Assembly: GCF_008000775.2 (NCBI RefSeq)
Contig: NZ_CP042905.2
Location: 930,001 to 962,000, forward strand
DNA: 32,000 nucleotides
Direction of reading: 5' to 3'
DNA from: Promethearchaeum syntrophicum
GTDB lineage: Archaea; Asgardarchaeota; Lokiarchaeia; Sigyniarchaeales; Promethearchaeaceae
Shown: positions 1 to 8,758 of the stretch, piece by piece
How the letters are laid out: the number at the start of each line of letters is the position of its first letter
Numbering within the stretch: position 1 is the stretch's first letter
Made by a program: the position numbers and the translations under genes
The notes under the pieces: generated by a model
What the model saw: the letters and a program-made list of their open reading frames with translations, nothing else
Databases searched by the model: none
Told to the model about the DNA's origin: nothing

Positions 1-491
1 ATGAAGGACGATTAATTACCCTAGAATTCGATAATTTTTTTTTAATGAACGCATACATTCCAAATTCTGGGCGTGGATTACCTCGTTTACCTTTTAAACT
101 AAAGTACAATAAAAATTTAATCAAATATATGAATACATTAAAAAAGAAAAAACATGTAATCCTATGTGGAGACCTTAATGTAGCTCATAAAGAAATTGAT
201 ATAAAAAATCCAAAAACAAATAAAAAAAATGCTGGATTTACCCAAGAAGAAAGAGATTCTTTCAGTGAACTCCTAAATGAAGGTTATATAGATACATTCC
301 GTGAATTTACAAAGGATGGGGGGCATTATACCTGGTGGAGTTACAGAAATAATGCCAGAGAAAGAAATATTGGATGGAGATTAGACTATTTTGTTATCGA
401 TGAAAAATTCCTACCCAATTTAAAAAGTAGTGAAATTTTGCCAGATTTATTGGGGTCCGATCATTGCCCTATTGAATTAGTCATAAAATAG
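1..491 (+). CDS. xth: Exodeoxyribonuclease III / AP endonuclease (ExoIII-APE1 EEP family), 5' end cut by window edge
   Basis: The frame is open from nt 3 (EGRLITLEFDNFFLMNAYIPNSG...), so the listed ATG at 45 is internal. Family motifs are present: LCGDLNVAH, GFTQEER, YTWWSYR, GWRLDYF, SDHCPI. TAG stop at 489-491. Confidence 0.85.
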   Translation, partial: EGRLITLEFDNFFLMNAYIPNSGRGLPRLPFKLKYNKNLIKYMNTLKKKKHVILCGDLNVAHKEIDIKNPKTNKKNAGFTQEERDSFSELLNEGYIDTFREFTKDGGHYTWWSYRNNARERNIGWRLDYFVIDEKFLPNLKSSEILPDLLGSDHCPIELVIK

Positions 492-541
492 ATCAGTTTT
501 TCTTTATTGAAATTAAAATAGATAATTGAGAATTGAGAACA

Positions 542-2260
542 ATGAGTAATGAAAAAAAAAAAATTATGCCAGATCTCATTAGAATTAAACTAAATTCTAA
601 AAAGATTGAACGAGAAGTAGTAGATTCAGAACACCCCTTAAAATTCTATGCGGGTAGGGCTTTATCATCAAAAATTATTGCTGACGAAGTGCCTCCTTTA
701 TCTGATCCTTTAGGTCCGGATAATAAAATGATTTTTGCTTGTGGATTTTTAAGTGGCACTACAGCCCCTAATTCAGGTAGAATTTCAATTGGGGCTAAAA
801 GCCCTTTGACTAAAGGTATCAAAGAATCTAATGTTGGAGGAAGAACTCCTGCCTTGCTTGTTAGAAATAATATTCGAGCTTTGGTTCTTGAAGAACAATC
901 TCCTGAATGGGTGATCATCAAAGTCTCAGATGGAAACGTTGAAATCCTTGATGGAAAGAAATACGTAGGTTTAAATAACTACAAACTTACCAAGACAATT
1001 TTAGATGAATATGGATCAAAAGTGGGTGCTTTTATGATTGCCACTGGAGGTGAACTTCAATTTGCAAATTCATCTGTAGCTTCAATTGATATGGAAGGTT
1101 ATCCATCTAGACATGCTGGAAGAGGAGGATTAGGTAGTGTTATGGGATCCAAAAAAGTTAAAGCTATTGTTGTTATTTCTCCATCCCAATCTTTAATGCA
1201 ATATGCTAATCAAGAAGCTTTCAAACCTGTTGCTAGCACTTGGTTTAAAGCACTAAATATCGCAAATAAAGAAACAAAACATGTATTTGGAACTCCTGGT
1301 TGTTTACTTGAGATGAATGAAATGCACGGACTACCTACTCAGAATTATCGGAGAGGACAATTTAAAGATGCTGAAAAAATTGGAGGGGAGGCAGTTCACG
1401 AATTAATTGTGAAAAATAAAGGAAAATATGGCCTTGCTTGCAGTCCCGGTTGTGCAATTCAATGTTCAAACATGATCCTTGATTCAGAGGGAACTCATAT
1501 CACATCCAGTTTTGAATATGAAACTATCGGTTTACTCGGATCCAATTTGTTAATCAGTGATCTTGAAAAAATTGCCCAGATGGATAAATTATGTGATGAT
1601 TTTGGAATTGACACCATTGAAACAGGGAGTTGCTTAGGAGTGCTGATGGATGCGGGAAAAATTGAATGGGGAGATGCTGATAGATGTATAGAACTAATCG
1701 AAGGTTTAAGGGAAAAAAAATCCGAAAGTCTGGATTTGGGTTTGGGAGTCTACGAACTTGGTATGAAATTAGGCCATTCGAGAATTCCTCACGTAAAGCA
1801 TCAAGCTTTTCCCTCATATGAACCTAGATCTTTAAAAGCACCTTCAATTACTTTTGTTACAGGTCCGATGGGGGCCGATCACACTGCAGGGGACGTATCC
1901 GGAGAAAATCCTAATAAATCTGAGGGAAAAGTGGCAATATCTAAAGAAAAACAGATTCATACGATGATTGTTGACTCATTTGGAATATGCTACTTTGTGG
2001 GTGCGAACAGTGAAACTACCGCTAAATTGTCTAAATTAGTATCCGCAAGATACGGTGATACTTGGGATAAAAATCTTGATGAGTGGACAGATTGGGCAAA
2101 AAGCTGCATTATAATGGAGCGAGATTTTAATGTGGCTTCTGGTTTAGCTGCAACGGATACTTTACCTAAATTTATGCTTGAAGAAAAGTTAGAAGAAGCC
2201 CCATTTCATTGGGATTTTAATCCAGATGAAATTGCTCATTATTGGGATGATTTTAATTAA
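542..2260 (+). CDS. aor: Aldehyde:ferredoxin oxidoreductase family (tungstopterin AOR-type)
   Basis: AOR N-terminal domain signature FYAGRALSSKII...GPDNKMIFACGFLSGTTAPNSGRISIGAKSPLT. Also GRHAGRGGLGSVMGSKKVKAIVV and the Cys cluster ACSPGCAIQCS (Fe-S ligand region). The ORF track starts at TTG 533; ATG at 542 (MSNEKKK) or 566 is more likely. Confidence 0.85.
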   Translation: MSNEKKKIMPDLIRIKLNSKKIEREVVDSEHPLKFYAGRALSSKIIADEVPPLSDPLGPDNKMIFACGFLSGTTAPNSGRISIGAKSPLTKGIKESNVGGRTPALLVRNNIRALVLEEQSPEWVIIKVSDGNVEILDGKKYVGLNNYKLTKTILDEYGSKVGAFMIATGGELQFANSSVASIDMEGYPSRHAGRGGLGSVMGSKKVKAIVVISPSQSLMQYANQEAFKPVASTWFKALNIANKETKHVFGTPGCLLEMNEMHGLPTQNYRRGQFKDAEKIGGEAVHELIVKNKGKYGLACSPGCAIQCSNMILDSEGTHITSSFEYETIGLLGSNLLISDLEKIAQMDKLCDDFGIDTIETGSCLGVLMDAGKIEWGDADRCIELIEGLREKKSESLDLGLGVYELGMKLGHSRIPHVKHQAFPSYEPRSLKAPSITFVTGPMGADHTAGDVSGENPNKSEGKVAISKEKQIHTMIVDSFGICYFVGANSETTAKLSKLVSARYGDTWDKNLDEWTDWAKSCIIMERDFNVASGLAATDTLPKFMLEEKLEEAPFHWDFNPDEIAHYWDDFN

Positions 2261-2361
2261 ATTTTTCTCGTTCCTTCAGATTTGAAGAGTTACATTTTTA
2301 AGTTTATTTTCGTAAGTTTTTTTGTTACTTCATTTTTTTAATTAAACGAATTTAATGATTT

Positions 2362-4662
2362 ATGATGGATTTAAACCAAGAAAAGACATTATTTTTCCAA
2401 AAAATTTTAAATAATTTACCTGAACCTGCTTTTGCGGTAGATTCTAATTGTAAAATTATTGAATGGAACAAAGCAATGGAAGAATTTTCTGGGATAAAAG
2501 CTGAACTAATCATTGGTAAAACATCTTCTGAATATAATATTCCATTTTATCAAAAATCGCAACCATTACTGATTGAAAATTATATTAAATCAAAGAATTT
2601 TTCAAATTCCATCTATTCGAAAGAAGAAATTCTAACTTTAATAGATGGACAGGAAGTGAACGTTTTATCTAAAGTGAGTTTAATCTTTGATGATTCTAAT
2701 AAATTAATTGGAGGGGTTCAAACATTTCAAAATATCTCAGAACATGTAATTGCTGAGAAAATGTTGGCGGAAGATCTATTGAAATATTCTGTTTTATTCA
2801 ATAACTCATATGATGGAATAATTTTACATGATCTAAATGGAAATATCCTTGAAATTAATAAAAAAGCATTGAATTTGTTTCAATTTAATCAAAAAGATTT
2901 TAAGAATGTAAAATTATCTCAATTATTTCCTGAAAGGGAAAAAAAACACCTAGAAGATTTTTTAAAGGATTTTCACACTGAAAAATTCAATTATGATGAA
3001 TTCTATTTAATGAAATCAAATAAAATCGAATTCATAGGTGAAATATACGCTGATCTTATCATACTTGAAAAACAAGAAATTGGACAATTAATTATTCGGG
3101 ATATCACAGAAAAGAAACATATTGAAGAGAATTTAGCTGCAGAAAAGGAAATGCTAGCTGTAACACTTGCTGGTATAGTAGATGGCGTAATTACTCTTGA
3201 TGCTGATGCAAATATTATATTAATTAACAAAGTTGCAGAGAATATTCTGGAAATGGATTATGATGAAGTTTTTGGGAAAAAAATATTCAATATTACTACT
3301 CTTTATAAAGATAAATCACGCGATCCCTACGAACTTTATGAAGTCAAAAATATGCTTGGAAAAAGGGCTAATCCCCCAATCTCTCTATCTGTTCTCAAAA
3401 TGAAGGATGGTCGGGAAAAAATAATTGAACACGATATTGCTCCAATTCACAATAAAGCAGGAGAATTAAGTGGTAACATAATTGTTTTTCGAGATATTAC
3501 TGACAAACAAAAGAAAGAAGCGGAAGAATTTAAAAATCAAAAAATTGAATCTATTGGATTACTCGCTGGAGGAATTGCGCATGATTTTAATAATATCCTT
3601 ACTGCCGTTTTAGGAAACACTGCGCTCCTAAAAATGGATCTTGATCAGAATTCTGAAAAATTCACTATCTTAAATGAGTTAGAATCAGCAATTCATAGGG
3701 CTAGCAAACTTACACATCAACTGCTAACTTTTTCTAAAGGAGGTTCTCCAATTAAGAAATTTATGTTTATTGGGGATGTAATAAAAGAAAGTGCAAATTT
3801 TGCATTACATGGGACTAAAAATGAAATTGAATTTAACTTTGCCCCTGGATTATGGCCAGTTCATATCGATGAAGGTCAAATCAGCCAGGTAATTAATAAT
3901 TTAGTAATTAATGCAGTGCAAGCAACTAATATCAATTCAAAGATAATCATCCAAGCCAATAACTACTTAATGGAACCAGAAAATAATATGATGCTAACTC
4001 CTGGCAATTATGTTAAAATTTCGTTCCAAGATTTTGGAAATGGTATTTTAGAAGAAAATCAAGAGAAAATTTTTGATCCTTATTTCACTACAAAAGAAAC
4101 AGGATCCGGACTTGGACTTTCTGTATGTTATTCAATTTTGACGAGGCATAGTGGAAAAATCAAAGTTACCTCAAAAATTGGCGAAGGTTCAACTTTTACT
4201 TTTTATCTCCCCGCGCATCCTGAAATTGTCTTAAAAATGGAAGATAAATCAGATTTACCTGATATAATTTCTAATTTAAATTCCCGAATTCTGATTTTGG
4301 AAGACGAAAAGCCTATTAGAGTATTATTGGAAAAATTTTTACGGAAAAAAAATTTTTATGTTGAAAGTGCTGCTGATGGTGAAGAAATATTAATAAAATA
4401 TCAAGATGCTTTAGATAAAGGCCAAGAATTTGATATTCTGATTTTGGATTTAACGATTAAAGGTGGAATGGGTGGAGAGGAAACATTTCAAAAACTATTG
4501 GAAATCAATCCTAACGTTAAAGCAATCGTAGCAAGTGGATACTCGACTAAAAAAATTTTAAGTGATTATAAGCAGTATGGTTTTGCGGGAATGCTTTCTA
4601 AACCCTTTAAAATGTCTGATTTACTAAAGGAAATTGAAAGATTATTGGAAAACAATGATTAA
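2362..4662 (+). CDS. Hybrid sensor histidine kinase: multiple PAS domains, HisKA, HATPase_c and a C-terminal receiver
   Basis: H-box GGIAHDFNNILTAVLGN, N-box NLVINAVQA, G1 DFGNGI, G2 GSGLGLS. C-terminal REC domain (ILILEDE...DILILDLTIKGGMGG...KPF). The N-terminal ~390 aa are PAS-like repeats. Confidence 0.9.
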   Translation: MMDLNQEKTLFFQKILNNLPEPAFAVDSNCKIIEWNKAMEEFSGIKAELIIGKTSSEYNIPFYQKSQPLLIENYIKSKNFSNSIYSKEEILTLIDGQEVNVLSKVSLIFDDSNKLIGGVQTFQNISEHVIAEKMLAEDLLKYSVLFNNSYDGIILHDLNGNILEINKKALNLFQFNQKDFKNVKLSQLFPEREKKHLEDFLKDFHTEKFNYDEFYLMKSNKIEFIGEIYADLIILEKQEIGQLIIRDITEKKHIEENLAAEKEMLAVTLAGIVDGVITLDADANIILINKVAENILEMDYDEVFGKKIFNITTLYKDKSRDPYELYEVKNMLGKRANPPISLSVLKMKDGREKIIEHDIAPIHNKAGELSGNIIVFRDITDKQKKEAEEFKNQKIESIGLLAGGIAHDFNNILTAVLGNTALLKMDLDQNSEKFTILNELESAIHRASKLTHQLLTFSKGGSPIKKFMFIGDVIKESANFALHGTKNEIEFNFAPGLWPVHIDEGQISQVINNLVINAVQATNINSKIIIQANNYLMEPENNMMLTPGNYVKISFQDFGNGILEENQEKIFDPYFTTKETGSGLGLSVCYSILTRHSGKIKVTSKIGEGSTFTFYLPAHPEIVLKMEDKSDLPDIISNLNSRILILEDEKPIRVLLEKFLRKKNFYVESAADGEEILIKYQDALDKGQEFDILILDLTIKGGMGGEETFQKLLEINPNVKAIVASGYSTKKILSDYKQYGFAGMLSKPFKMSDLLKEIERLLENND

Positions 4663-4748
4663 TCAATATAATTTTCAAAATTAAAATCTTCCATTCAGTG
4701 AATTTTACATTGAAAGAATTTTTATAATTTCAAACTAAAACTAAACCT

Positions 4749-6008
4749 ATGCAGAATTTAATTGATAAACTCAAAATCAATAATGAAAATGTAAAAACCA
4801 TTAATAATTTCCTTTTAGATCCAGAGAATCCCTTGATGAAAAGTGTCCTTGAAACTATAAATAAATATGGTACGCCTGAAGAGATCAACAGAAAAGCCAA
4901 AGAAGCTGGAAAACTTGAAAATTTAATGAATAGGTTGAAAGCTAAAAATTCGCCTTATGTAAAAGACTTAGAGTGGCTTATAGAACAAAAAGAAAAAGGT
5001 GCTTTTATCAAGTTAGAAGATTATTATAAGAAAATTCTAGGAGATAAATACGAATCCACAAAAATGAAGGAGGGATACGCGGTTACAATGGAACTTTCTG
5101 CTCTTCAATTCTTCCCATTTTTTATAGAAGAAGCCAAACAAGCCATTGCAAATCAAGAATTAATGCCGGGGCGTTATATCAAAGTAAGAAACATGGTAGA
5201 GCAAGTTGAAGACGATCAATTATTAGCAAGTTCTATAGCCATGAAAATTATTGGTGCATCGTATGTTGAAACTCTCGATACTAAAGGAACTGATGGATCT
5301 AATGTACATTTAGGTGGTCCAGAAACAATAACAGGGTACTTTGGAGGAATCGGACAACCTAATACTCATGCTTTAAAGTGGCTCGATGAATTTTTACATT
5401 ATTATACCGAATATGGAGTCCAACAAGTTCTAAATATTAATCCTGGTACAATTCTAATAGGGTACCTGTTATATCGGCTTGGAGTTGATATTGAATTCAA
5501 AATCTCGGTTTATATGGGAAATGATAACCCGTACTCTGTCTTATGGACGATGATGACCGCCAAACTTTTCGCTCGTGAAGATGGAACAACTCCGTTAATT
5601 GGGTTTAATTTCTCTAACTCTGTAAATAATGAAACGATAGAACTCGCAGATTTTCCAAGAAAAGCCTTTGGTTTCGAAGATATTGTTCGGATCGAGCACC
5701 ATATATTTGAAACATGGAAGAGCATTGTAAGGCAGCCTTATGACAGAAGGGCAGAATTGGTTGAAGTGTCTGCAAAAGTCAAAAATATTAGTGCTAAACA
5801 TGAAGGTGGAGATATTGAAGTAGAAAAAAGCCGAGAACATCCATCAGATATTCTTGAGTATTTCTTACCTAAAGAAGAAATAATGAAACAAGGATTAATG
5901 GGCTTTTTAACCAGAAACTATATGGATAAACACGATTCTATTAAAGGAACAGCCGATGCTTTAATAAAGGCTGGTATTCCCGTTATTGTAGCACGGAATT
6001 TACATTAA
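4749..6008 (+). CDS. Conserved-looking hypothetical protein (419 aa), function unknown
   Basis: Long ORF with non-repetitive, globular-looking composition and no competing ORF. I recognise no family motif. It lies 86 nt downstream of the histidine kinase on the same strand. Confidence 0.6.
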   Translation: MQNLIDKLKINNENVKTINNFLLDPENPLMKSVLETINKYGTPEEINRKAKEAGKLENLMNRLKAKNSPYVKDLEWLIEQKEKGAFIKLEDYYKKILGDKYESTKMKEGYAVTMELSALQFFPFFIEEAKQAIANQELMPGRYIKVRNMVEQVEDDQLLASSIAMKIIGASYVETLDTKGTDGSNVHLGGPETITGYFGGIGQPNTHALKWLDEFLHYYTEYGVQQVLNINPGTILIGYLLYRLGVDIEFKISVYMGNDNPYSVLWTMMTAKLFAREDGTTPLIGFNFSNSVNNETIELADFPRKAFGFEDIVRIEHHIFETWKSIVRQPYDRRAELVEVSAKVKNISAKHEGGDIEVEKSREHPSDILEYFLPKEEIMKQGLMGFLTRNYMDKHDSIKGTADALIKAGIPVIVARNLH

Positions 6009-6270
6009 AACATCTTTTTTTTAATTTTTTTTTTGTTAGGTAAATAAATTTCCTATTAATTTTTTCATAAATGAAAATCAAATTAATGTATATTTATAGT
6101 TTTTATAAGCAATTTTCTCTAAAGGAGGATAACTTCAATCTCTCTACTTTGTATTTTGAATAAGCACTGCAAATTTTTAAGATTTTTTCCTTAACATAAA
6201 CGAATTCTGAATAAAAATATTTATATATGTAGAATAATATGTAGAGTTTAACAATTGATCTGATAAAATT

Positions 6271-7161
6271 ATGAAAAATTCAGAATATATAATTAAACCA
6301 TTAAAAGATAAAATCTGTTTAATAACTGGAGCAACAGATGGCATTGGAAAAGCAACTGCTTTTCTTTTCGCTGAAAAAGGTGCGATTCTTATTTTAGTAG
6401 GGAGAAATCTTGAAAAAGGGAAAAAAACAGTCTCAGATATCATTCAGAAAACAAATAATTCACGAATTGAATATATGCAAGCTGATCTCTCTATTCAAGC
6501 GAATATTATAGATCTCGTTGAGGGATTTAATGCAAAATACGATCATTTAGATATTTTGGTCAATAATGTTGGAGGATATTTTTCAGAAAGAATAGAAACT
6601 AGTGATGGTATAGAGTTAACCTTTGCCCTCAATTATCTCTGCCCTTTTCTTTTAACTAATTTATTACTTAATTCATTAAAATCTTGTCAGCATGCTCGGA
6701 TAATTAATCTTACTTCTTCCGCACACAGGTATGGTAAAATAAATTTTGATGATCTGCATCTAAAACATAAATATTTTGGACTTCATGCTTATCAACAATC
6801 AAAACTAGCTATAGTTTTATTCACGAAATATTTGGCTAAACGTTTACATAAAAATAATATAACTGTTAATGCAATACACCCAGGGATAGTAAAAACTAAT
6901 ATCGCACAGCAACATCATGGAATTCAAGAAAAAGCATTTAGTCTACTAAAAAATACAATTGCAATCTCAAGTGAAAAAGCTGCGAAATATATAGCACATT
7001 TGGCAGTATCTGAGAATTTATCTTCCATTTCTGGAGAATATTTTATAAAGCGGAAGATTCGAAAAGCCTCCAAGAAATCCAATGATGAGAAGATTGCTGA
7101 GAAATTATGGAAATTGAGTTTGAGTCTGATAGATTTAAATTCAAAATATGATTTGAATTAG
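6271..7161 (+). CDS. Short-chain dehydrogenase/reductase (classical SDR, retinol-dehydrogenase-like)
   Basis: Cofactor motif ITGATDGIGKATA (TGxxxGIG), NNVG, catalytic S...YQQSK (YxxxK), and PG motif IHPGIVKTNI. Confidence 0.85.
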   Translation: MKNSEYIIKPLKDKICLITGATDGIGKATAFLFAEKGAILILVGRNLEKGKKTVSDIIQKTNNSRIEYMQADLSIQANIIDLVEGFNAKYDHLDILVNNVGGYFSERIETSDGIELTFALNYLCPFLLTNLLLNSLKSCQHARIINLTSSAHRYGKINFDDLHLKHKYFGLHAYQQSKLAIVLFTKYLAKRLHKNNITVNAIHPGIVKTNIAQQHHGIQEKAFSLLKNTIAISSEKAAKYIAHLAVSENLSSISGEYFIKRKIRKASKKSNDEKIAEKLWKLSLSLIDLNSKYDLN

Positions 7162-7617
7162 GTAATTTATAGAAACTAGGTTTTTATAGTAAAGCAAAAT
7201 TTTTATTTCGAACAAATTCGTCTACAACTCCAAGCTCTCAATAACATTCTCTACGACTAAATTACTTATGAAATTACAATCCTATTCTCTATTATTTGTA
7301 TATTTATCTTCGTAAAAATAATGAAATATATGAGAGTAGAATTACAAACATCTCCTAAATTTACCTTTTTTCAAAAAAACAACAATTTTCTTAGTGCGTG
7401 ACCGTTAGCTTAATGGTTCCTTTAACTATTGTTTCTGATTTAGTAAAAAATAATTAAATAAGAGCTAGAGAAATTCCCGATATTTCCCCGAAATTTAGGT
7501 ATTAATAATATTTTAAATTTTTTCTATTTTTTTTTTAGAAATTTTCCAAAGTTATTATTATTAGAACTATCAAAATATTATTTTATTAGAACAAAAATCT
7601 CTTAGAAGGAACATACA

Positions 7618-7791
7618 ATGCCAAACATAGAAATCGATTTTCAACTTTTCTTACCCAGTCTTTCAGTCTTCTACTCATACTTTGAGATTCTAAAATCCCA
7701 TGATTTTGTAAAAGACGTAGAAATCGTGCAAACTGAAGGATATCCAAAATTGCGGGTTCATAGATTGCCAGAAAAATTTCTATCAATTTAA
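7618..7791 (+). CDS. Possible small ORF (57 aa), below the ORF-track length cutoff
   Basis: ATG at 7618 is preceded by AGAAGGAAC. Translation: MPNIEIDFQLFLPSLSVFYSYFEILKSHDFVKDVEIVQTEGYPKLRVHRLPEKFLSI, then TAA. It overlaps the listed antisense 66-aa ORF 7586..7786, so only one of the two (or neither) is real. Local GC is above that of the surrounding spacer. Confidence 0.2.
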   Translation: MPNIEIDFQLFLPSLSVFYSYFEILKSHDFVKDVEIVQTEGYPKLRVHRLPEKFLSI

Positions 7792-7830
7792 ATAATAATT
7801 TTTATTTTTCATTTGATTCACAAAATCCCC

Positions 7831-7858
7831 GGGAAGGTTTCCTTTCATTTTCCTTCCC
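7831..7858. other. GC-rich perfect hairpin (7-bp stem GGGAAGG/CCTTCCC, 14-nt loop)
   Basis: GGGAAGG at 7831-7837 and its exact reverse complement CCTTCCC at 7852-7858. It stands out in a ~30% GC background and lies 39 nt downstream of the small plus-strand ORF. Confidence 0.4.
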
Positions 7859-8051
7859 ACTATTCTTTATTATCTAGTTAATTTTGACATTTTATTAAAT
7901 TTCGTTGCTAGAACAATTGATACTCAAATGCTCATGGAAAAAGGAGAAAACCCATATATTGTAAATATATTATCGAAATAACATTGAAAATAGAAAATAC
8001 TCATCAAATTTTAAAAAGAAATTAAAATAAAAATGAAAAAATTAAATGTAA

Positions 8052-8543
8052 TTACATATAAAAAGAAGCACCAGGATCTTCATCATCCTCATCTTCTTCT
8101 TTATCCTTTTTTTTACGTTTGCGGAAGAGCTGGTCCATCAAAGACTTTGAAAACTGTTCCATCATTTCTGGATCCATCCCCATTTTTTTTAAATCATCAA
8201 TAGAACCCATCGGTAACACCTGAACACCCATTCGTGATTTTGGGTCTTGACTTTTAGTTCTTTCTTTCAGAGCTTTCTTTTTCTTTATTATCTCTTTACC
8301 TCGGTTCTTGTATAAAATCTTTGTTAATCTTTGAATTAGTAATTTTTCGAGAGTTTTAGCTTCAATGAGATATAATTCGTTTTCAGAATGTTCCTTTTCA
8401 ATAGATTCTAATGCTTCTTCAATAGATTGTTGATCTGGAATTATTCCTATTGAAGATTCAATCAAATCTTGAACTATGCCCCAATTTACCATTGCCCAAG
8501 CTGCGGATCTCTCTCTTTTCATTTTTTTATTCTTATCATCCAT
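8052..8543 (-). CDS. Hypothetical highly charged protein (163 aa) with an acidic tail ending in F-Y-M
   Basis: ORF with a basic K/R-rich centre and an acidic C-terminus, KDKEEDEDDEDPGASFYM. No family motif recognised. Confidence 0.55.
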   Translation of the reverse strand: MDDKNKKMKRERSAAWAMVNWGIVQDLIESSIGIIPDQQSIEEALESIEKEHSENELYLIEAKTLEKLLIQRLTKILYKNRGKEIIKKKKALKERTKSQDPKSRMGVQVLPMGSIDDLKKMGMDPEMMEQFSKSLMDQLFRKRKKKDKEEDEDDEDPGASFYM

Positions 8544-8758
8544 TATTTTTATCTAGTTAGAAAAAATTAATTCAAGGATTAAAAATTATGGCTTAAGAAA
8601 AATCACATATTTTTATTGTTTTAATTCTATTTGAAAGTGAAATCAGAGGAACTTGAGAAAAAAAAAAGGTATCGAGAACTAGAAAAAATTGAAAAAAAAC
8701 TTCCTCAACAGGGAAGCTAATTCCAAATGATCTAATTGATTTTGTTATTAATCAATTT

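Noticed and set aside
533-541. TTG at 533 as the AOR start
   Set aside because: An ATG follows three codons later (542). The TTG is just the first permitted start after the upstream stop.
7391-7430. tRNA-like string (TAGCTTAATGGTT resembles a D-loop)
   Set aside because: No acceptor stem, anticodon arm or T-arm (GTTCxAxTC) can be built around it, and the surrounding sequence is too AT-rich.
7586-7786. 66-aa minus-strand ORF in the long spacer
   Set aside because: It is not clearly better than the overlapping 57-aa plus-strand ORF, has no motif and no obvious RBS. It is kept only as part of the spacer finding.
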